IMG/VR virus record: IMGVR_UViG_3300028384_000615
Location: 1 to 36,349 of that record
Length of the DNA: 36,349 nucleotides
Reading direction: 5' to 3' (one strand)
From: a virus
Taxonomy: Duplodnaviria > Caudoviricetes
Shown: piece after piece, positions 29,058 to 36,349 of the stretch
Layout of the letters: the number at the start of each line of letters is the position of its first letter
How positions within the stretch are numbered: position 1 is the first letter of the stretch
Translations under genes and position numbers: made by a program
The notes under the pieces: generated by a model
The model's database searches: none
What the model saw: only the letters and a program-made list of their open reading frames with translations
Told to the model about the DNA's origin: nothing

Positions 29058-29296
29058 ACATAAGCCTTAGCAAGTTCCTAGAATGGGCACAATTATTCAC
29101 AGGCTGTACAGCCGCACTTATTGTATCCGCTAATCTAGGAGACACTTGGGTTTTCTGGGCTATGTGCTTATTTTTTATAAAAGATTCTATGATGGGGATA
29201 TTTGCGTATATCAACAAGTATCCCGGTATTGTAATGTCTAGTGCAATATACGTTCCTATAGATTTGCTAGGTATCTATAGATGGTGGCTTTTTTAA
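29054..29296 (+). CDS. Small three-helix membrane protein (possible PnuC-like half transporter)
   Basis: 80 aa, three hydrophobic segments, ends GIYRWW; ATGA-type overlap with the upstream gene. Confidence 0.55.
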   Translation: MNISLSKFLEWAQLFTGCTAALIVSANLGDTWVFWAMCLFFIKDSMMGIFAYINKYPGIVMSSAIYVPIDLLGIYRWWLF

Positions 29297-29733
29297 TCTA
29301 GCTTTTTTCTATTACTTTCCAAATATTCTTTAAGAACTTTAGAACTACCAATTCTTACATTGATGATACCGTTGTAGTATTCATCTGTTTCCAGTACACG
29401 CCTGTCGAATTGCTCTTTTGCTTCCATGTAACTTAGGGCGCCACGACTCGGACAATAGTGTAGTATTTCCCTCATAAATTTATCAGCGCCTAGTTCCTCT
29501 ACATCCCGGTTAAGATGCTCAGAAGAACCCCAATACTCACGCCAATCGCTTTCCTTAAACCCACGTCTTTTGTTTTTCTTCCCTTTAAGAGGTGGTTTTG
29601 TTGTTTTAAAACGGGCTAATTTCTTACCTACATATTTTCTGTTATTTGTTAAATTAGTAATCAGATAGACAAATCCCTCACAATCATCAGGTAATTCATT
29701 TACTATCTCATTTCTATATGTCCATTCGCTCAT
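29293..29733 (-). CDS. GIY-YIG family endonuclease (Seg-like, catalytic domain only)
   Basis: GFVYLITNLTNNRKYVGKK motif, conserved E (MEAKEQ) and YYN; 146 aa with no appended DNA-binding repeats. Confidence 0.88.
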   Translation of the reverse strand: MSEWTYRNEIVNELPDDCEGFVYLITNLTNNRKYVGKKLARFKTTKPPLKGKKNKRRGFKESDWREYWGSSEHLNRDVEELGADKFMREILHYCPSRGALSYMEAKEQFDRRVLETDEYYNGIINVRIGSSKVLKEYLESNRKKLD

Positions 29734-29833
29734 ATATTAATCATTTCTAGATATCTTATAAGGTCTAAAGACCTAAAACTTCATAAATCTCATTTCGCTT
29801 TCGCTCAACCGATTTATTCTGTTTTTCTTTTCT

Positions 29834-29849
29834 CATATATTTATATATG
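29834..29849 (-). promoter_or_regulatory. T4-type late promoter TATAAATA inside a perfect inverted repeat
   Basis: Minus-strand TATAAATA at 29845-29838 within CATATAT-TT-ATATATG, about 105 nt upstream of the GIY-YIG start. Confidence 0.55.
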
Positions 29850-29877
29850 GATAATTTATAAGATATATCTTTATTAT

Positions 29878-30295
29878 TTGCCTGCGGCTGAGCCACAATT
29901 GCCCTGTTGCCAGGACAACTGCAAAAATGGTACGGTCTTGCCATAGCTTCATCGCCTCTGTTTTAGAGCTAGTAGCCAGTAACTACGGGGTCGGTTGACG
30001 ATTCCCCCTTCACTCAGTATTGCTCCTTTCGGATCAACGGCACCTCACGATATCCTAAACAGACAAAATATCATGTAAGTCGATAGTATTATAGTAATCT
30101 ATCATCGGTTATATATTATAAACTGGTCAACCACAGCCTTTGGAGCCATGGTCGTTTTGAATTCTGAACACTCTTATGTGTGGTTACGAGAAGAATAAGG
30201 GAGTTCGTCCCCTCTAGTCTGACGGCAACAGTAACTACACTGGCAGTCTCAATCCCGGATTGGCAACCCAATCAACAGTCCACTATGTACGGATA
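29878..30295 (-). ncRNA. Candidate large structured non-coding RNA of unknown class
   Basis: No credible ORF; visibly more GC-rich than its flanks; several hairpins whose G-U pairs and GNRA loops (GAAA, GCAA) form only on the minus strand. Confidence 0.65.
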
Positions 30296-30380
30296 TATTA
30301 GTCATTTTCATTGTATTAGCCTTTTGATTGCCTATATTAGATTTGTATTAGTTGTAGAGCGTGAAATTTATATTAGCCTT
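30294..30380. repeat. Five copies of TRTATTAG (CTAATAYA on the minus strand)
   Basis: TATTAG cores at 30296, 30314, 30335, 30346 and 30371; two copies extend to TATTAGCCTT. Confidence 0.8.
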
Positions 30381-30597
30381 AAAGTATTGGTACACCAGCT
30401 TTCTTGCTCATTTCATAGTTTTCTCCTATGATTTCATTAAGATGCTTAATATGTCCCAATGGCATATCGTGTAGTTCAGATATACTGACCCCACCTCTCA
30501 TATACCAAGATAACTTTAACAGATTCTTATGTATCTTGTCAAGACTTTTTTCGTATTTTTCTTGTTTTTCTTGAATTTCTTCATGGCTGGCATTCAT
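30379..30597 (-). CDS. Small baseplate-hub/tail assembly protein (gp51-like or lambda T-like C-terminal extension)
   Basis: 72 aa, LSWYMRGGVSISELHDMP motif; overlaps the upstream stop (TGATG) in the -1 frame. Confidence 0.6.
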   Translation of the reverse strand: MNASHEEIQEKQEKYEKSLDKIHKNLLKLSWYMRGGVSISELHDMPLGHIKHLNEIIGENYEMSKKAGVPIL

Positions 30598-31448
30598 CAG
30601 CCAGTTTTGAAAAAATTTACAGGGTTGACCTCCAGAGCAACCTTTTGTTTGTGTTCACATTCTGGGCAAACGAACTCAAATTCGCTTGATTCTTTTGGTC
30701 GTTTAGAAATTTTTCTAGCGGCCGTGTTTATTTTGTCAATTACGGTAGATGGAACATTGTATAAGAATTCAACAATCATATCGTAATCATCTACTGTGCC
30801 GTCGGGTGTTTCTATTTTGTGGATTACATTTCCTAATAAATCGACATTTAATGACGCAATTTTCTTAAAACTAGAATATAATGTTTTCGCTATTTTACTT
30901 TCGTCCTTACCTTCTAAATCTTCATTTCCGGCATTATTTGACACATTTGCAATAATTCTTTTTTGTTCTAATTCGATAAGAGAAAGTCTAGTTATACTTT
31001 CTATCGTTGATGGTTTTATGAAAATTTTCAAATCATCGTATAGAATAGGTTCTATATTATCTAATTCTGGAAACCTATTTAAAATATAGTTGATATCGAT
31101 ATTAAAATCATTTTTTTCTTCACATTTTTCACATGTATGTGTGTGTACTAACTCTTTGCCATATGTAGCATATTGTATAGCTAGGTAAAGTGCTTCGGCA
31201 TCTATATTTGATAACAATCTTGGATTTGGAATGTCGGGAACACAGCTTTCTATTACACTTATTAATGCTTCCCCATTAAGAAGTGCCTCTGGATTTTTCA
31301 TAGTTATCTCATCGATTGCTGTCATTGGTCTAACACCAACTTCATCAAGCACTGTCTGTGGTATTTCTGGATTGAATTTACCGCCTGTAGGTAATTTAAT
31401 ATATATTCCAGGCTTTCTGAAATATTTGGTTAATATATTTTTTGTCAT
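30597..31448 (-). CDS. gp26: Baseplate hub assembly chaperone, gp26-like
   Basis: IYIKLPTGG...VRPMTAIDE...D.EALYLAI...TYG, two CxxC pairs, C-terminal NFF. Confidence 0.75.
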   Translation of the reverse strand: MTKNILTKYFRKPGIYIKLPTGGKFNPEIPQTVLDEVGVRPMTAIDEITMKNPEALLNGEALISVIESCVPDIPNPRLLSNIDAEALYLAIQYATYGKELVHTHTCEKCEEKNDFNIDINYILNRFPELDNIEPILYDDLKIFIKPSTIESITRLSLIELEQKRIIANVSNNAGNEDLEGKDESKIAKTLYSSFKKIASLNVDLLGNVIHKIETPDGTVDDYDMIVEFLYNVPSTVIDKINTAARKISKRPKESSEFEFVCPECEHKQKVALEVNPVNFFKTG

Positions 31449-31461
31449 TTATGTACCTCTT

Positions 31462-31530
31462 GATAAATACAACAATACATTATATTTATGTTTGTACTTA
31501 TTTAATCATTTATAAACTACGAATATAACA
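31462..31530. promoter_or_regulatory. Overlapping late-type promoters for the divergent gp26-like and tape-measure-like genes
   Basis: Plus GATAAATA at 31462-31469; minus CATAAATA (31490-31483) and ATTAAATA (31506-31499); conserved element at 31511-31530. Confidence 0.55.
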
Positions 31531-31548
31531 GAAAAAGAGAGATATTTT

Positions 31549-34086
31549 ATGGCAGAGAATGATGTATTCATTGAAGGTGGTAATTGGCCTGCTTGGGCCA
31601 CCGAAGATACACAAAATCAAATACTAAATGCACTTCTGGCTGCCGGAGTCAGCGGTCTCAAAAAAGGAGACCTTCAAAAACTTATCGAAGCTATCGGTAA
31701 AGGTGACAACGATGTATCTCAGATACTTAAAGATATAAAAGTAGAAGAAAAGGATAATACAAAAAAGTTATCTGATATATTAAAAGATACAAATGATCGT
31801 GTTACTAAACTCAGAGAGTCCAATGAAAAAGAGGGAACTGAAAGAGATAGAGATGCATCTAAACTGCAAAAATCTATGGAGAACTTCTCTGCATTGATGT
31901 CGAACATTAGTGACGGTCTAAACAATAGAGAGATTGATGAAGCAGCCCTAAGAGCAGAAATGTCAGCATCGTTTAAGGACGCAGAAGGACAGATCACTAG
32001 CGGTATTATAGATACTTTAATTGCACTAACTGCGATGGCAAACGGTGCAAATCAGTTCGCTATACAATTGGGAGAAGATAGATTTAACCTAGTAAACGAG
32101 ATAAGACAAAGTGGATTAGCATCAACGTTGAATACATTAGATGGTAGCTTAATCGGATTTTCTGAAATGGTGAATAGATCATCGTTTACATTGGGGCAAG
32201 CTGCGAAGTTTACAGAGCAATTTTCTCGTTCTGTTGGCGGCGCCGGAATTCAACGTTCATTAGAATTTGTGCAAGAAATGGCATATGAAATGTCAAATTC
32301 AGGTATTGAAGGTGCAGATATGATGCGCAGATTTGGATTAGAATTTGGCGGAGTTGCAGAAGTTGCAGGCAATTACTTAGATACAGTAAGACAGCTTGGA
32401 ATGTTAGACCGAATGAACAATCAGCAGTTACGTTCTGGTATGGAAGATTTCATGGATACTGTTACAGTGACATCTAATGTATTAAAAATTGGTATAACCG
32501 AAGCGGCAGAAATGATTGCTAATACGTTAAATCAACGTGACGATTTAACTGTTATGCTTGCAGGTTTACCAGATGAACTTCGTAATAGAGTAACAAATAT
32601 TGTATCTGCGATGGGTGCCCAAGGAACACAATTCGGTGAATCTATTGCGATGGCATTATCGTCTACAAGTTTTGACGAATTCTTAACAACAGAACAAGGA
32701 CAATCGTTAGCAGGTAGTAATCTAGGACAAGAGTTTATTCCGTTATTAAGGAGTGTTACTGACCAAATACGAGGCGGCGCTGACCAAGGAGATGTGCTTG
32801 CCTCAATGGAAGAACCATTACGTGCAATAGTTGATCGCTTTGGTGAAAGTGGATTCAGAGCATTAATTGCTCAAAACCAAGATCCTCTTATAAGAGCATT
32901 GGGTGCAGACTTTGTAAGAATTCTTGACACAATAGGTGATGCCGATGATGGTAATGCGGCAGATACGAGAGTTACAGGCAGGGAAGATAGTGCTGAATTT
33001 ATTAGACTTATGAATAATAGGCAACAGGCACAGCTAACAAGAGAAGATATTGAAACTGGACTAGCAAAAGTTTTTGATTATGCTGATAATTTAGCAGAAT
33101 TAAACACTGCTAATGCAAATTTAATTGCAGAAATTAACGAAAATGTTAGACCAGCAATCGAAGCCCTTCCAACTGATACTTTATTTGATGCTACAACTTT
33201 TATTGACACGACAGTTAAAGATACGCTTACGTTGTTTGTCGATGTTGTTGGTGATATAACAGGATTTTTAAGCGACGAGTTTGATAGACTATCACAACGT
33301 CAGGAAGAAAACATGCAAGCATTTAAAGATAATGCGGGTATTACAGATCAAGACGTAGCTGATAGAGAAGAAAGGACAAGAATTGAACGTGAAGTCGGCG
33401 AGAATGGCGATGACACCCGAAATTTCTTTGCGAGAATGTTCACGTCAGATGCAGAACGTGAAACATTTGATATTGATAAAATTGCAGAGGCAATTGAACG
33501 TGGAAATGAAGTAGTAGAATATCAATATGTAGATGAAGACAGAAATTCTCCTACATATGGCCAAACATTAACAGAAAGAAGAATAAGCACAGACGAGGGA
33601 ATGTTTGATTCTGCAAGTTATATGCCAATTGAAACACCTCAACAAATGACTGATGTACAGTCTGTCATTGATAGGCAGGATAATTTTGATAGATTTACCA
33701 ATCAGGTTTTATTGGATGCGTCTAATAACAATAATGTTAGTTCTTCTTTTGCAAATGATTTGATTAGTCTATTGGGTGAAAATCGTGACGGTAGTATTGA
33801 TTACGCAATGCTTGCTGATGAATTGGGAATAGATGAAAGATATAGTTCATCCGATTCTGCTGAGTTAGAGTTTGTCAGACAGACGTTAGAAACGTTTGCA
33901 AATAATAATCTAACAAGCGTATCAGATATAGAAACCTTAATAACTGCATTAAACAGTATGACACAGCAATTACGGGATAGAAGTTGGATTGCAGGCGGTG
34001 AAAGGGTATCAAATAGAGAAATAGGTGAACGGGACGCACTGGTAGCTGAACTTAGAAGATTGGTTAATGCGTTAAACGGAAACTAA
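31549..34086 (+). CDS. Tape-measure-like helical virion protein (845 aa)
   Basis: Long Ala/Gln/Leu/acidic-rich helical sequence with no Cys; starts PAWATE.T; lies between the gp26-like chaperone and the portal. Assignment rests on composition and context. Confidence 0.5.
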   Translation: MAENDVFIEGGNWPAWATEDTQNQILNALLAAGVSGLKKGDLQKLIEAIGKGDNDVSQILKDIKVEEKDNTKKLSDILKDTNDRVTKLRESNEKEGTERDRDASKLQKSMENFSALMSNISDGLNNREIDEAALRAEMSASFKDAEGQITSGIIDTLIALTAMANGANQFAIQLGEDRFNLVNEIRQSGLASTLNTLDGSLIGFSEMVNRSSFTLGQAAKFTEQFSRSVGGAGIQRSLEFVQEMAYEMSNSGIEGADMMRRFGLEFGGVAEVAGNYLDTVRQLGMLDRMNNQQLRSGMEDFMDTVTVTSNVLKIGITEAAEMIANTLNQRDDLTVMLAGLPDELRNRVTNIVSAMGAQGTQFGESIAMALSSTSFDEFLTTEQGQSLAGSNLGQEFIPLLRSVTDQIRGGADQGDVLASMEEPLRAIVDRFGESGFRALIAQNQDPLIRALGADFVRILDTIGDADDGNAADTRVTGREDSAEFIRLMNNRQQAQLTREDIETGLAKVFDYADNLAELNTANANLIAEINENVRPAIEALPTDTLFDATTFIDTTVKDTLTLFVDVVGDITGFLSDEFDRLSQRQEENMQAFKDNAGITDQDVADREERTRIEREVGENGDDTRNFFARMFTSDAERETFDIDKIAEAIERGNEVVEYQYVDEDRNSPTYGQTLTERRISTDEGMFDSASYMPIETPQQMTDVQSVIDRQDNFDRFTNQVLLDASNNNNVSSSFANDLISLLGENRDGSIDYAMLADELGIDERYSSSDSAELEFVRQTLETFANNNLTSVSDIETLITALNSMTQQLRDRSWIAGGERVSNREIGERDALVAELRRLVNALNGN

Positions 34087-34090
34087 GCAC

Positions 34091-34119
34091 TTGACATACA
34101 GAAATAAGTATGTTAGTAT
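34091..34119 (+). promoter_or_regulatory. sigma70-type promoter upstream of the portal gene
   Basis: TTGACA (34091-34096), 17 bp, TGt-TAGTAT (34114-34119). Confidence 0.7.
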
Positions 34120-34142
34120 AAAAAATACAGGATTATAAAAAG

Positions 34143-35837
34143 ATGGCAACTTGGAAAAAATATTTTAAAACCTATGATGGTGTAGCACGTAGCACTACAG
34201 CGCAACCAAATCAACAAGGTTCAGAAGCATCGAACAAACGATATAGCAGTTGGCTACCCGAAGTTTATCAGGGTCAACCGAACCGTGTTGCTCGTTATGG
34301 TCAGTACGACCAAATGGATTTAGATAGTGAAGTAAATGCAGCACTTGATATTATTGCAGAGTTCTCAACACTAACAGACGAACAAACAAAATTACCTTTC
34401 AAGTTTGACTTCAATGAAGATCCTACAGAATCAGAAAACGAAATCCTACAGCGTACACTAAGACAGTGGTGTAACATCAATGAAATGCACAAGCGTATCT
34501 TCCGTATCTTTAGAAATGCCATCAAGTTCGGGGATCAAATGTTTGTGCGTGATCCTGAGACATATAAACTATTTTGGGTTGATCCTGCTAAAGTAGACAA
34601 AGTTATTGTCAATGAGGGTAAAGGAAAACAGATTGAAGCATACTATGTGAAAGATATTGATATCAATATCGAGTCTATGAATGTTACAGCCGACCCACAG
34701 AAACTTACACAGACTGCTACTGGCCAAATGGGCAGACCGAATATCAATGCGAACACTACACAAGGATATCTTGGTGGTACAGCAGGTGGTACACGATTTG
34801 CGAATGAGCAAAGTTCAACACCAATTGATTCTTCACATGTTGTTCATATATCACTAAGTGAAGGTATCGATTCATTCTGGCCTTTCGGTACATCTATCCT
34901 AGAACCTGTATTCAAGGTTTATAAGCAAAAAGAACTACTTGAAGACGCTATCCTAATCTATCGTGTTCAACGGGCGCCAGAAAGACGTGTGTTCTACATT
35001 GATGTTGGTAACATGCCAACACACAAAGCAAGAGCGCACCTAGAGCGTATCAAAAACGAAATTCATCAAAGACGTATCCCGTCTAAGACGGGTGGTGGGC
35101 AAAACATTACAGATAGTGCTTATAACCCACTATCTATTATGGAAGACTACTTCTTTGCTCAAACGGCAGAAGGTCGTGGTTCTAAAGTTGAAACACTGCC
35201 AGGCGGTGAGAACTTAGGTCAGATTGATGACTTAAAATATTTCAATGATAAACTACTACGTGGTCTACGTGTCCCACCATCATATATCGGTGGTATGGAA
35301 GACGGTGGTTCATCATACAACGATGGTCGTGTTGGTACAGCAATGATTCAAGAATTTCGTTTCACTAAGTTCTGTGAAAGACTACAAGCACTTATCGTAG
35401 AAGAACTAGACCGTGAATTTAAAATGTTCTTAAAGCATCGTGGTGTTCAAGTTGAGAGTTCTCTATTCAATCTAAACTTCAATGTTCCGCAGAACTTTGG
35501 TAAGTTCCGTCAAGCAGAAGTAGATCAGGTAGCAATGAATGTGTTCTCAACAGTAGCAGATGTTCCGTATATGAGTAAGCGTTTTGCTCTACAGCGTTTC
35601 TTAGGTCTAACAGAAGACGAAATTATCGAAAACGAAAAGCAGTGGCGTGAAGAAAACGGCGAAGAGGATGCACTGGCACCAGCAGAAGATACACTGAAAG
35701 GCGTAGGTGCTGCACCTAGCCCAGAAGGTTTCGGTGGTGAAGATGATTTTGACCTTGATGAAACTGATATGGATGATACAGAAGACGGATCTCCAATATC
35801 CGGTGCAGAAAACGCTGAAACTGACGAAGAAGTATAA
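34143..35837 (+). CDS. gp20: Portal vertex protein, T4 gp20-like
   Basis: LLEDAILIYRVQRAPERRVFYIDVGNMP, MEDYFF...EGRGSKVETLPGG.NLG.IDD..YF..KL..GLRVP; acidic C-terminal tail. Confidence 0.96.
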   Translation: MATWKKYFKTYDGVARSTTAQPNQQGSEASNKRYSSWLPEVYQGQPNRVARYGQYDQMDLDSEVNAALDIIAEFSTLTDEQTKLPFKFDFNEDPTESENEILQRTLRQWCNINEMHKRIFRIFRNAIKFGDQMFVRDPETYKLFWVDPAKVDKVIVNEGKGKQIEAYYVKDIDINIESMNVTADPQKLTQTATGQMGRPNINANTTQGYLGGTAGGTRFANEQSSTPIDSSHVVHISLSEGIDSFWPFGTSILEPVFKVYKQKELLEDAILIYRVQRAPERRVFYIDVGNMPTHKARAHLERIKNEIHQRRIPSKTGGGQNITDSAYNPLSIMEDYFFAQTAEGRGSKVETLPGGENLGQIDDLKYFNDKLLRGLRVPPSYIGGMEDGGSSYNDGRVGTAMIQEFRFTKFCERLQALIVEELDREFKMFLKHRGVQVESSLFNLNFNVPQNFGKFRQAEVDQVAMNVFSTVADVPYMSKRFALQRFLGLTEDEIIENEKQWREENGEEDALAPAEDTLKGVGAAPSPEGFGGEDDFDLDETDMDDTEDGSPISGAENAETDEEV

Positions 35838-35840
35838 ATA
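35833..35840 (+). promoter_or_regulatory. T4-type late promoter TATAAATA
   Basis: Exact TATAAATA overlapping the portal stop codon. Confidence 0.65.
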
Positions 35841-35845
35841 CTACT

Positions 35846-36073
35846 ATGAGATATACAGATTTAACAGAAAACTATTCTCCTGAGGAGGATAAGTCAAATC
35901 AAAGAGAATTAGGCGACACTCGTAAAGACCGTCTAACTCTTGTCCACCTATCAAAACTTCGCAAAATCCGTGAATATCGTAAGTATCAGCAAGGTGTTCG
36001 TACTCAACAAGTACAGCGCCAATATGCAGCAGGTGGCGGCGAAGGTGGCGGCGAAATGAGCGGTGAACTATAA
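35846..36073 (+). CDS. Small prohead-associated hypothetical protein
   Basis: 75 aa directly after the portal; TRK.RLTL..L.KLRK.R motif; function inferred from position only. Confidence 0.65.
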   Translation: MRYTDLTENYSPEEDKSNQRELGDTRKDRLTLVHLSKLRKIREYRKYQQGVRTQQVQRQYAAGGGEGGGEMSGEL

Positions 36074-36124
36074 TTAACTAGTAAGTTAAGTTTATAAAAT
36101 CACTTACTAAATATCTCTACAACC

Positions 36125-36154
36125 AAAAAGCGGCTAAAAAATAGCCGTTTTTTT
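36125..36154 (+). terminator. Intrinsic terminator (possibly bidirectional)
   Basis: AAAAAGCGGCTA-AAAAA-TAGCCGTTTTTTT. Confidence 0.8.
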
Positions 36155-36183
36155 ACATTTCCGTTATATTCCCTATTTTTAAC

Positions 36184-36191
36184 TATAAATA
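36184..36191 (+). promoter_or_regulatory. T4-type late promoter TATAAATA
   Basis: Exact match after the terminator and upstream of the ORF at 36268. Confidence 0.75.
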
Positions 36192-36267
36192 CTTTTGAAA
36201 CAAGAGTGTTTCTACAACCGTGCCACTTTAGATGACGTGGCTTTTAACCTAGATAAGGAGACTTATA

Positions 36268-36349
36268 ATGTCAAGAAGCAAACTAGAACAAGTACTAGAA
36301 CTTCTTATCAACGAGGAGCGTGAAGCAGCGGAAGAGCTACTACACGATT
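36268..36349 (+). CDS. Probable prohead core/scaffold protein (partial, runs off the window)
   Basis: AAGGAG RBS; MSRSKLEQVLELLINEEREAAEELLHD...; position in the head module. Confidence 0.6.
   Translation, partial: MSRSKLEQVLELLINEEREAAEELLHD

Noticed and set aside
29960-29977. GTTTTAGAGCTAG, identical to the start of the SpCas9 sgRNA scaffold
   Set aside because: Single copy, no array, tracr anti-repeat or cas gene, and it lies on the strand opposite to the one favoured by G-U pairs and GNRA loops; most likely chance.
29860-30295. Group I intron or other known catalytic RNA (minus strand has CAGACUAGA and AAGAUAUAUC, resembling the R and S elements)
   Set aside because: The S-like word lacks the UAGUC needed for P7, and no interrupted host gene is evident. 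No group II domain V, hammerhead core, RNase P or tmRNA ends were found by eye.
30294-30380. CRISPR-like or guide array reading of the TRTATTAG repeats
   Set aside because: Repeats are only 8-10 nt with irregular 11-25 nt spacing; kept as possible binding sites instead.
30180-30431. 83-aa plus-strand ORF across the structured region
   Set aside because: GTG start with no RBS, no recognisable motif, and it overlaps both the repeats and the 72-aa gene antisense.

Overview
AT-rich segment of a large T4-like (probably jumbo) myovirus genome, standard genetic code. The minus strand carries a baseplate/tail module: a >2900-aa structural ORF missed by the ORF track (it runs off the left edge), gp6-, gp25-, gp5-, hub-, gp53- and tube-initiator-like genes, and three consecutive genes with peptidoglycan-hydrolase domains. 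Plus-strand islands behind sigma70-type promoters encode an SGNH-like protein, ClpP, a gp55-like late sigma factor, gp47, an SDR and gp46. These are followed by a cluster of small candidate host-takeover functions (Hc1 histone-like protein, a candidate sRNA, a SutA-like protein, an ADP-ribosyltransferase-like protein with a capsid-targeting N-terminus, a small membrane protein). The right end holds a GIY-YIG nuclease, a gp26/gp51-like pair with a -1 slippery site, a tape-measure-like gene, the portal and the start of the prohead genes. The main unexplained features are: (1) a ~645-bp non-coding region upstream of the GIY-YIG gene with a strand-specific, hairpin-rich ~420-nt core and five TRTATTAG repeats; (2) a promoter- and terminator-bounded ~125-nt RNA with anti-SD-like CU repeats; (3) a conserved element at a fixed distance upstream of three late promoters. 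All family assignments come from motif recognition by eye, not from database searches.
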